Shown here piece by piece: positions 18,195 through 26,497 of a DNA stretch of 64,000 bases. The translations under genes and the position numbers were made by a program. How positions within the stretch are numbered: the first letter of the stretch is position 1; each line of letters begins with the position of its first letter. The notes beneath the pieces were generated by a model. The model saw only the letters and a program-made list of their open reading frames with translations, was not told the origin of the DNA and made no database searches. This DNA comes from Candidatus Latescibacterota bacterium (GTDB lineage Bacteria; Latescibacterota; UBA2968; UBA8231), in assembly GCA_965206595.1 (NCBI GenBank), contig OZ242214.1, positions 6,560,001 through 6,624,000 on the forward strand, written 5' to 3'.

Positions 18195-19394
18195 ATGAAA
18201 TCCTCCGGCCTGCTGCTGCTCTTCCTGCTTCCGTCCCTGGCCTGGGGACAGGCCGCGGCGCCGCCCCCCTTCGAGGCCTTCGACACCCCGAACGACGGCG
18301 GCAAAAGCATCACCGTTACCTGGCCGCTCGATGAGGCCGCCCCCAGGGACGCCGTATACAATATTTACGTCGCCGAGCTCGCCACCGGGCCGTTCCACCT
18401 GGCCGCCTCGGTTCCCGCCGCCGGCGGCCTGCAGTCGGAAGACCGCTCGGTCTTCGGCTTCGGCCCGGAGACCTCGCGGCACCAGTTCGCTCACATCGAG
18501 AAATACGAAGTCGACGGCGAGGCCGTGGCCCTGAAAAGCGACACCCCCTACTACCTCCGCGTGGGGGTGCGAACCGCCGCCGGGGAAGGCCGCGGGCAGG
18601 TGGTCGAGGCGACCGCGACCGCACAGCTGTTGGACTGGAGCAAGCTCAACAACCTCCTCCTCGGTCTGGCGCTGTCCGCCGCCATCCTGATCTCGATCTC
18701 GATGGCCAAAAGGAAGGACCTCTTCGTGCGCCGCATCGCCGGGCTCGAGGCGCTCGACGAGGCGCTGGGCCGCGCCACCGAGATGGGCAGGTCGGTGCTC
18801 TTCATCCACGGCCTTCGCGAGATGAACGCGATCTCCACCATCGCCGCAGTCAACATCCTCGGCCGCGTCGCCCGCCGCACCGCGGAGTACGACACCCTGC
18901 TGAAGGTGACCAACGCCGACCCGGTGGTGATGTCGGTCAGCCAGGAGACGGTGAAGGAGGCGTACATCGAGGCGGGGCGGCCGGACGCCTTCAACCCGGA
19001 CAACATCTTCATCGCCGGAACCGACCAGTTCAGCTACGCCGCCGCGGTCGACGGGATCATGGTGCGCGAAAAACCGGCCGCCCACATCATGATGGGGTAT
19101 TTCTACGCCGAGTCGCTGCTGCTCGCCGAGACCGGGGCCTCCACCGGGGCGATCCAGATCGCCGGAACCGACGCCTTCACGCAGCTCCCGTTCTTCGTCA
19201 CCACCTGCGACTACACCCTCCTCGGCGAGGAGCTGTACGCCGCCAGCGCCTACCTGTCTCGCGAGCCCCGGCTGCTCGGCAGCCTGAAGGGGCAGGACAT
19301 CGGCAAGGGACTGCTGCTGTTCGTCCTGATTACCGGCTCGCTGCTGGCGACGGCCGGAATCCCCTGGCTCACGCACCTGTTCACCGCTTTGTAG
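18195..19394 (+). CDS. Membrane protein with N-terminal FnIII-like domain and DUF6754-like domain
   Basis: Signal peptide, DTPNDGG, TM helix, RRIAGLEALDEALGRATEMGR, FYAESLLLAETG, QIAGT, LGEELYAASAYLS. Confidence 0.8.
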   Translation: MKSSGLLLLFLLPSLAWGQAAAPPPFEAFDTPNDGGKSITVTWPLDEAAPRDAVYNIYVAELATGPFHLAASVPAAGGLQSEDRSVFGFGPETSRHQFAHIEKYEVDGEAVALKSDTPYYLRVGVRTAAGEGRGQVVEATATAQLLDWSKLNNLLLGLALSAAILISISMAKRKDLFVRRIAGLEALDEALGRATEMGRSVLFIHGLREMNAISTIAAVNILGRVARRTAEYDTLLKVTNADPVVMSVSQETVKEAYIEAGRPDAFNPDNIFIAGTDQFSYAAAVDGIMVREKPAAHIMMGYFYAESLLLAETGASTGAIQIAGTDAFTQLPFFVTTCDYTLLGEELYAASAYLSREPRLLGSLKGQDIGKGLLLFVLITGSLLATAGIPWLTHLFTAL

Positions 19395-19442
19395 GCTGGA
19401 GAAATGCTGTTTCCGAGCCGCACTCTTCCGGTACTGGCCGCC
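19386..19442 (+). repeat. Left copy of a 57-bp imperfect direct repeat
   Basis: GCTTTGTAGGCTGGAGAAATGCTGTTTCCGAGCCGCACTCTTCCGGTACTGGCCGCC matches 20985-21041 at 52/57 positions (offset 1599). Confidence 0.92.
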
Positions 19443-20984
19443 GGCATACTGCTTGTACCCCAAGGAGGATAACAATATGCAAATGACATCGTCACCCGCT
19501 GCCGTCGTCCCTTCGGCATACGCCGAGAGTTATGCAAAGGCCCGCCTCCAAGACCAGGCAGCGGCCGACAACTATATCAAGCACACCACCATTGGCGACC
19601 CCGTGCTTGATCCGGTGATGGAGGAGTTGTCCTCGCTGCCTCCTGGTGATTTGCACAGGTTCATCAAGGCTGGCATAGAACAGCAGGATGAGGTTCTGCG
19701 CCGTGCACCGCAGCCGCTGCGCGATTTTTTAAAAATGTGGAAGACCCTCCCTGGTTCGACTATGAAGTCTTTCGGCCAGGGATCAATGCCTTCCACGCAA
19801 ATGTAGATCTCATGCTCGTGGCCTTCGTTACGGGGGTGCTGGTGGAAGGCTTTTCGACGCTTATCGCCAAGTCTTTCAGTATTACTGAGCGAGTGTCGTC
19901 AACCAAAAGACGCCTGCAGCAAAATAACCGCCACATGATGGACATATTTTTTCCCGGTGGCTTGCACAGAGAGAACGATGGATGGAAGCTATCCACGCGC
20001 ATTCGCTTCGTTCATACTCGAATAAGGCATCTGCCGGCGAAATCCGACGATTGGGATCACGAAGCCTGGGGCACGCCCGTAAGTGCGGCGCATCTGGGTT
20101 TTGCCATCTCCGTCTTTTCCAAGCGTCTGTTGGAATACTCGGAATTGGTGGGCGCGCGTTTCAGCGAGGAAGAAAAGAAGAGTGTTCTCGATGTTTGGCG
20201 CTACAGCGGCTATCTCATGGGAATACCTGAGACCATCCTCTATGCCGACGCCGCGGATGCGGAAGAAGTTTACAAGATCAGCTATATGTGCGAGCCGCCG
20301 ACGGACACCGCTTCGATAGCTGTTGCGAATGGGTTGATCCAGGCCATTCCTTCAGTTGCGGATGTAAAGGATCCAGTTGAAGTAGAGAAATTGACACATT
20401 TGGCCTATCGCCTTTCACGCGCACTCATTGGAAACAAACTCGCCAACTCGTTCCAGTTTCCAAAGACCAGGAATCTGGGAACACTGTTTAATTACCGGAT
20501 GAAACAACGCCTTCTGAGAGTGCTACAGAGAAAACAGGTTAGATTAAATAATTTTACTCAACTTCTCCAAATCTCGGTGTACGATGAGGATGGATTGAGT
20601 TACAGGCTGCCCGACCATGTAAAACACGCACTGTCAAACAAGTGGTGAACGGCGCTATGCGCTGTGATGCGGCCACCTCTATCCGGTAAATAAGCAATCA
20701 GGAAATCGGTCAGGTTGATCGAAGTTATCTACAGTTAGTGGCGTCGATAGTGCCATGCACTCGTATTGGCAAGCGAGTCGCCGCACCCCAACCCGGGATG
20801 GTCGAAGGAGTGACACTTTTGCAATTGGACCGTTCTTCCGCTGCCATTTTGCGCTATCGATGGTTGGTCATCGCGCTCGCAACACTGGTCATGCTGGCAC
20901 TGACGGCAGGAGTTCGCTTCATCACCGTTACAAACGATTATCGCATTCTGTTTAGCGAAGACAATCCGCAACTCCTCGCATTCG
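19443..20984. mobile_element. Lower-GC inserted segment between direct repeats; no integrase
   Basis: Abrupt composition shift; bounded by the 57-bp repeat; interrupts a contiguous operon. Confidence 0.65.
19477..20648 (+). pseudogene. ER-bound oxygenase MpaB/DUF2236 (Lcp-like) heme protein split by a -1 frameshift
   Basis: RBS AAGGAGG, ATG 19477; ...LRDF in frame 1 continues as KNVEDPPWFD in the -1 frame at T6A5 (19725-19735); downstream RIRFVHTRIR, WGTPVS, WRYSGYLMGIPE family motifs. Confidence 0.75.
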
Positions 20985-20998
20985 GCTTTGCAGGGTGA
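20819..20998 (+). pseudogene. Truncated N-terminus of an MMPL/RND-family transporter
   Basis: ILRYRWLVIALATLVMLALTAGVRFITVTNDYRILFSEDNPQLLAF resembles an MMPL TM1 and following segment; cut at the right repeat. Confidence 0.6.
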
Positions 20999-21041
20999 AG
21001 AAATGCTGTTTCTGAGCCGCACTCTTCCGGTACTGACCGCC
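20985..21041 (+). repeat. Right copy of the 57-bp direct repeat (contains start of the next gene)
   Basis: GCTTTGCAGGGTGAAGAAATGCTGTTTCTGAGCCGCACTCTTCCGGTACTGACCGCC. Confidence 0.92.
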
Positions 21042-21659
21042 TTCGCCTTCGGCGTCGTCGGGGTGGCGATCTTCTACATACCGCACCCGGCCGCGCAGGA
21101 GGTCGAGCGCGAGCTGGCCCTGTGGCTGCGCATCGCCTTCGCCTTCGCCTACTTCCTCGGGCTCTTCAGCCTGCTCAACCTGCACTGGAGCCGCATCCGG
21201 CAGCGGGTCGCCGGCTGGGGGTACAACGCCGTCGCCCTGGCGAGCTTCGGCGTCATGTTCCTCTTCGTCGTCCACAACGACGGCGCCGGACCGTTCGCCC
21301 CGCAGGCCCAGGAAGGGGCCTACCAGTGGATGTTCCAGTACGTCCACATCCCGTGCACGGCGACGATGTTCTCGATGCTCGCCTTCTTCATTGCTTCTGC
21401 GGCGTACCGCACCTTCCGCGCCCGCAGCGCCGATGCCGCCATCCTCCTCGTGGCCGCGGTCATCGTCATGGTCGGCCGCGTCCCGATCGGAGCCCTGATC
21501 TCCGACGCGCTTCCCGCCCTTTCCGACTGGCTGATGTCGGTGCCCAACCTCGCGGCCAAGCGCGGCATTCTGCTGGGGGTGAGCCTCGGCGCCATCGCCA
21601 CCTCGCTGCGCATCATCTTCGGCATCGAACGATCCTACGTCGGAGGCGGTGAGGAATGA
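21003..21659 (+). CDS. Integral membrane protein of the GlmL-like operon
   Basis: About 6 TM helices; ATMFSMLAFFIASAAYRTFRARS, RIIFGIERSY. Confidence 0.82.
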   Translation: MLFLSRTLPVLTAFAFGVVGVAIFYIPHPAAQEVERELALWLRIAFAFAYFLGLFSLLNLHWSRIRQRVAGWGYNAVALASFGVMFLFVVHNDGAGPFAPQAQEGAYQWMFQYVHIPCTATMFSMLAFFIASAAYRTFRARSADAAILLVAAVIVMVGRVPIGALISDALPALSDWLMSVPNLAAKRGILLGVSLGAIATSLRIIFGIERSYVGGGEE

Positions 21660-22492
21660 TCGACCGGCTTCTCGGCATCGACCGCCGCATCATCTTCGCC
21701 GCCGTCTTCCTCGGGGTCGCCATACCCCTGCTGACCGATCTGCAGTTCCCGGTCAAACCCAGGAAACAGGTGACGGCGGTGTTCGACGAGATCGAAAAAG
21801 TCGCGGGTAAAGAAGACCCCCTCGTCCTGCTCTCCTTTACCTACGGAGCCAGCACCGAACCGGAAATGCAGCCGATGGCCAAGGCCCTGCTGCGTCACCT
21901 CTTCAGCCGCGACGTCGCCGTCGTCGCCGTCTGCCTGTGGCCGGAAGCGCCCGGTCTCGCCCAGCTGGCCCTCGAGGAGACCGCGGCGGAGTTCGCAAAG
22001 ACCTACGGCGAGGATTACGCCTTCATGGGGTACAAGCCCGGCACCTACAGCGTCATCATCAACATGGGTCAGGATTTCGCCGACGCCTTCCCCAAGGACA
22101 ACTGGGGGACCGCCACCTCCGAGGTGCCGCTGACCGCCGGCGTCGCCGGTCTCTCCGACTTCGACCTGGTGATCGACCTGGCGGCCGGGGATTCGATCGA
22201 GTTCTGGTGGCTGCCGTTCGGGCAGGAGAGGCACAACCTCGCCTTCGCCGCGGGCTGCACCGCGGTGATGGCCCCCGATCTCTACCCGTTCCTGCAGTCG
22301 GGGCAGATGCGCGGCCTCATCGGTGGGCTCGTCGGCGCCGCCGAATACGAAAAGCTGATCGGCCATCCGGGTGGAGCGACCGCGGGAATGAGCCCCCAGT
22401 CGGTCACCCACCTGATCATCGTCTTCTTCATCCTGGTCGGGAACGCCGCCTATTTCGCGGCTAGGCACCGGCAGCGGAGGCGGCCGGAATGA
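21656..22492 (+). CDS. Membrane-anchored alpha/beta-domain protein of the GlmL-like operon
   Basis: DRRIIF, TM, soluble domain (GEDYAFMGYKPG, GCTAVMAPDLYPFLQSGQ, GGLVGAAEYE), C-terminal TM; ATGA overlap. Confidence 0.82.
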   Translation: MIDRLLGIDRRIIFAAVFLGVAIPLLTDLQFPVKPRKQVTAVFDEIEKVAGKEDPLVLLSFTYGASTEPEMQPMAKALLRHLFSRDVAVVAVCLWPEAPGLAQLALEETAAEFAKTYGEDYAFMGYKPGTYSVIINMGQDFADAFPKDNWGTATSEVPLTAGVAGLSDFDLVIDLAAGDSIEFWWLPFGQERHNLAFAAGCTAVMAPDLYPFLQSGQMRGLIGGLVGAAEYEKLIGHPGGATAGMSPQSVTHLIIVFFILVGNAAYFAARHRQRRRPE

Positions 22493-23214
22493 ATCGCGAT
22501 TCCATCCTGTTCCTCGCCGTTCTCCTGTTCTTCGCCGCGGCCAACGCCTACCTGTTCGCCGCCGGCAAGCTCAGCCCCGACTGGACCGGCTTCGGGATAA
22601 TCGTCGCCGCCGGCCTGACCCTGGCGCTCTACAGCTTCCTCTACCGCGACAACCCCTTCTTCAAGCTCGCCGAGCACGTCTTCGTCGGCGTCGCCGCGGC
22701 CTACGTGTTCGGCCAGACCTGGTACCCGACCATCTACGGCGAGGTGATCGACAAGCTCACCGGGCTGGGTGAAGCCGGCGCCTGGGAGGGAAACGCCTGG
22801 CTCGTGCTGTTCCCGACCGCGCTCGGGATCCTGATGCTGACCCGGTTCAGCACCCGCATCGGCTGGACCAGCCGCATCGCCTTCGGGTTCATCTTCGGCC
22901 TGGGGGCCGGGTTCACGATCCCGGCCTACATCTCGACGTTCATCCTGAAACAGGTGGAACCGACCCTGCAGCCGATCACCCTGTCCTGGGCCGGGCTCGA
23001 CCTGTTCATCATCCTCGTCGGCGTCGTTTCGGTGCTGGTCTACTTCTTCTTCTCCGTCGAGCACCGCGGCGCCGTCGGCATGGTCTCGAAGCTGGGGATC
23101 TGGGTGCTGATGATCTCTTTCGGCGCCTCCTTCGGGTACACGATCATGGCGCGGCTGTCGCTGCTTATCGGGCGTGTGAGGTTCCTTCTCGGCGACTGGC
23201 TGAACCTGATGTAG
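22489..23214 (+). CDS. Integral membrane protein of the GlmL-like operon
   Basis: YSFLYRDNPFFKLAEHVFVG, YFFFS, FGASFGYTIMARLSLLIGR; about 7 TM; ATGA overlap. Confidence 0.82.
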   Translation: MNRDSILFLAVLLFFAAANAYLFAAGKLSPDWTGFGIIVAAGLTLALYSFLYRDNPFFKLAEHVFVGVAAAYVFGQTWYPTIYGEVIDKLTGLGEAGAWEGNAWLVLFPTALGILMLTRFSTRIGWTSRIAFGFIFGLGAGFTIPAYISTFILKQVEPTLQPITLSWAGLDLFIILVGVVSVLVYFFFSVEHRGAVGMVSKLGIWVLMISFGASFGYTIMARLSLLIGRVRFLLGDWLNLM

Positions 23215-23218
23215 GAGG

Positions 23219-24127
23219 TTGATCTTGGAGTATCGACAGCTGGGAAAAAACGGTCCGCAGATTCCCGCGATCGCCCTCGGAGCCTGGCCGTTCGGCGGCG
23301 CCATGGGGGCCGTCGCAGAAGAGATGGCCGTCGCCACCGTGCGTGCCGCCATCGACCGCGGCATCACCATGGTCGACACCGCCCAGTCGTACCGCGCCAG
23401 CGAACGCATCGTCGGCCGCGCCCTCGCCGGCGGCTACCGCGAGCGCTGCTTCCTGGCGACCAAGGTGAGCGGCGACTTCTCGCCGCCGGCGATCCGCGCC
23501 GCCATGGAGAACAGCCTGCGGCAGCTCGACGTCGACTACGTCGACCTCTACCAGATCCACGGCTGGAACCCCGCCTACCCGGTGGATGCCAGCATGGAGG
23601 CGATGGAGCAGCTGCGCCTCGAGGGGAAGACCCGCTATATCGGCGTTTCCAACTACAACGCCGGGCAGATGGCCCAGGCGATGGAGACCGCCCCCTTTCA
23701 ATCGGTGCAGCCCGGTTACAACCTGCTCGCCCGCGGTATCGAGGCGGAGGACATCCCGTTCTGCGTCGAGCACGGCATCGGCATCCTGGCGTACAGCCCC
23801 CTGGGGCAGGGATTGTTGACCGGCAGGTACCGGCCGGGCCACCGCTTCGCCGCCGACGATTACCGCTCGGAGCGGGCCCAGTTCCAGGGGGAGCAGTTCG
23901 CGCGCACCGTCGCGGCGACCGACCGCCTGGCGGAGCTCGCCGCGGACAAGGGACTGTCGCTGGTGCAGCTGGCGATCGCCTGGATCCTGAGGCTGCCGGC
24001 GATCAGCACGGTCCTGGTCGGCGCCAAGAACCCCGGTCAGCTCGACGACCACCTCGGCGCCGTCGGGGTCCGTTTCAGCGACGACGAGCTCGAGGCGATC
24101 GACGCGGTCCTCGCCGACGCCGGGTAG
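23219..24127 (+). CDS. Aldo/keto reductase
   Basis: DTAQSY, LATK, DYVDLYQIH, IGVSNY, YSPLGQGLLTG. Confidence 0.92.
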   Translation: MILEYRQLGKNGPQIPAIALGAWPFGGAMGAVAEEMAVATVRAAIDRGITMVDTAQSYRASERIVGRALAGGYRERCFLATKVSGDFSPPAIRAAMENSLRQLDVDYVDLYQIHGWNPAYPVDASMEAMEQLRLEGKTRYIGVSNYNAGQMAQAMETAPFQSVQPGYNLLARGIEAEDIPFCVEHGIGILAYSPLGQGLLTGRYRPGHRFAADDYRSERAQFQGEQFARTVAATDRLAELAADKGLSLVQLAIAWILRLPAISTVLVGAKNPGQLDDHLGAVGVRFSDDELEAIDAVLADAG

Positions 24128-24130
24128 CCG

Positions 24131-25081
24131 GTGGCAGCGCCCGAACTCTCCCGCCCTTTCGCGAGCACATCCAGGGTCGTTGTCGGCCGCGACGCAGGCC
24201 TTCCCGTCGAGATGGCCTGCGCCGACAACGGCAACCTTTCCGCGGACTACACGCTGCTGCTGCTGCACGGCCTCTTCGACCACAAGGGTACCTGGGAGCT
24301 GATGGAGCCCTTTCTCGGCGAGCGTTTCAGAACGGTCGCCGTCGACCTCGTCGGCTTCGGGGAGAGCAGCAGGCCGCGCTTCCGGTCCCTGCCCGAGAGC
24401 GAGCGGTACTGCCTGGACCGGCTGGCTGCCTACGTCGGAGAGCTCATCCGCGCTCTCGAGCTCGACCGCCTCGTCCTCGTCGGCAACTCCCTCGGCGGGG
24501 CCATCGCCCTGCGGCTTGCCTGTGCCGATCCGCAGGAGCGTCCCTGGGCGGCCGGGCTGGACCTGCGCGGACTTGTGCTGATCTCCGCTGTCGGGTACCC
24601 GCAGCCGCTGCCGGGATTCGTGCCGCTCCTCGCTGGAAAACCGGGTGCCCTTTTGTTGAACCCCACCCTGCAGCGGCTGGCGGTGGCCAGCGGCCTTGTG
24701 CGGCGGTTCGCCGCATCGACCTATTACCGGATCTTTTACGATCCCCGCCGGATCCCTGAGCGGCTGGTCGACCGGGCGGTCGAGTACTTCGCCATGCCCG
24801 GCACCCCGTTCGCGTACCGGATGACGGTGCGCAACCTGACTCCGCCCGACATCGACACCTTTCCGGGCAAGTACGCCGAAATGTCGCTGCCCGCCCTGAT
24901 CCTCTGGGGACAGCAGGACCGCATCGTGCCCCCCCTCAACGCGCTCCGCTTCGAAACGGATCTGGCGGCGGCGAAACTGCACGTTTTCGACGACTGCGGG
25001 CACGCCCCGCACCTCGAATACCCGGAGGGAACGGCAGTCGCGATCCGCGACTGGATCCGCAACAGCGTGAATACGGACTGA
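24131..25081 (+). CDS. Alpha/beta hydrolase
   Basis: LLHGL, DLVGFGES, GNSLGG nucleophile elbow, WGQQD, CGHAPH. Confidence 0.9.
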   Translation: MAAPELSRPFASTSRVVVGRDAGLPVEMACADNGNLSADYTLLLLHGLFDHKGTWELMEPFLGERFRTVAVDLVGFGESSRPRFRSLPESERYCLDRLAAYVGELIRALELDRLVLVGNSLGGAIALRLACADPQERPWAAGLDLRGLVLISAVGYPQPLPGFVPLLAGKPGALLLNPTLQRLAVASGLVRRFAASTYYRIFYDPRRIPERLVDRAVEYFAMPGTPFAYRMTVRNLTPPDIDTFPGKYAEMSLPALILWGQQDRIVPPLNALRFETDLAAAKLHVFDDCGHAPHLEYPEGTAVAIRDWIRNSVNTD

Positions 25082-25088
25082 AGCACTC

Positions 25089-25484
25089 GTGACCAGCAGC
25101 CAAGACCTGTGCAACATCGAGGAGGACGGCAGGCGCTTCCGTCTCTTCTTCGGAATCCTGCTCTGCTGCTTCGCCCTCGGCTTCACCGCCCTGGTCACCG
25201 TGACCGACAGCCCCCTGCCGCTGCGCGCTGTCGTCTTCCTGCCGCTCTGGGTGGGCATCCTGTGCCTGCTGCAGGCCCACGGTTCGACCTGAGTGCTTCT
25301 CGCGGCGCGTGGTGCACGCGCTACCGCGGGAGGAACCGAGCCGATTCCGGACCGGGAGCTGATCGATAGGCTGCGTCGAAAAGCGGGCCGCCTCCATTTG
25401 CAGGCAATGCTGGCGGCCTTCGCGGCGACCATCCTGCTGTTGCTCGCCACCCTGTTCATTGCTTTGCGCCTGCCCGCGCTCTGA
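25089..25484 (+). CDS. Small membrane protein with in-frame TGA (candidate selenoprotein, 131 aa, Sec68)
   Basis: 67-aa and 63-aa ORFs abut in the same frame across TGA 25290-25292 (LLQAHGST-U-VLLAARG); strong hairpin follows. Confidence 0.7.
25298..25331 (+). promoter_or_regulatory. SECIS-like hairpin
   Basis: UCUCGCG/GCGCGUG-GUG-CACGCGC/UAC/CGCGGGA: two stacked stems with a 3-nt bulge; apical GGU 18 nt after the UGA. Confidence 0.65.
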
Positions 25485-25603
25485 ATCCGGACACCGATTC
25501 GGAACCCGGGGCGGGTCATCGGGGCCCGGAGCAGTAGAACCAGCCGTCGGCAAACGATCTCCGCCCCTGCTTCCAGGAACCTGCCGCCGCGAAAAGGAGA
25601 GCC

Positions 25604-26497
25604 CTACTTCAGCAGGGCGGCGAGGGTGTTGTAGATGTCGGTGTGGCGGAAGGAAAACCCGGATTCTATGAGGGCGTGGGGCCGCACCCTCGTGCTGGCG
25701 AGCAGCAACTCCCGCGCCATGTCGCCGAGCGCCAGCTCGAGCAGGACGGCGGGGACCGGGGCGAGCGCGGGGCGGCGGAGCACCCGTGCCAGGGCCGCGG
25801 TGAATTCGCGGTTCGTCACCGGTCCGGGCCCCACGAGATTGACCGGCCCGGAAAGCGAGCCGGTCTCCAGGGCGAAGCAGATCCCCCTCAGGGCATCTTC
25901 GAGGCTGATCCAGCTGATGAACTGATCGCCGCTGCCGAGGCGGCCGCCGAGGCCGAGCCTGAAGGCCGGAAGCATCTTCGCCAGGGCTCCGCCGCGGGGC
26001 GTCATCACCACTCCGAGCCGAGGGAGCACCACCCGGATCCCGCCGCTGACCGCCGCTCCGGTGGCCGCCTCCCAATCGCCGGCGACCTCGGGGAGGAAGC
26101 CGCGGCCCGGTGGGCTCTCTTCGGTGAGCTCCTCGTCCCCGCGGTCTCCGTAGTAGCCGATCGCCGACATGCTGACCAGTACCTTCGGCCGCGGGTCGAG
26201 ACGGGCAAGGGTTTGCGAGAGAAGGCGGGTGCCCTCGATGCGGCTTTCGCGAACACGCCGCTTGCGGGCGGGGGTCCACCGCCGCACGATCGGTTCTCCC
26301 GCCAGGTGGACGGCGGCGTCGATCCCATGCAGGTCTTCCCCGGCGAGCGCCCCGGCCGCAGGGTCCCACCTCACCGGCTCCTCCCCGGCTGCCGGAATCC
26401 CGCGCACCAGGCGGACGACGGTGTGGCCGCGGCGCGCCAGCAGGAGGACGAGCTGCGACCCGATCAGGCCGGTCGACCCGGAGACCAGCACCCTCAT
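25604..26497 (-). CDS. TIGR01777/YfcH-family NAD-dependent epimerase-like oxidoreductase
   Basis: MRVLVSGSTGLIG, HLAGEPI, SAIGYYG, GGRLGSGDQFISWI. Confidence 0.92.
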   Translation of the reverse strand: MRVLVSGSTGLIGSQLVLLLARRGHTVVRLVRGIPAAGEEPVRWDPAAGALAGEDLHGIDAAVHLAGEPIVRRWTPARKRRVRESRIEGTRLLSQTLARLDPRPKVLVSMSAIGYYGDRGDEELTEESPPGRGFLPEVAGDWEAATGAAVSGGIRVVLPRLGVVMTPRGGALAKMLPAFRLGLGGRLGSGDQFISWISLEDALRGICFALETGSLSGPVNLVGPGPVTNREFTAALARVLRRPALAPVPAVLLELALGDMARELLLASTRVRPHALIESGFSFRHTDIYNTLAALLK

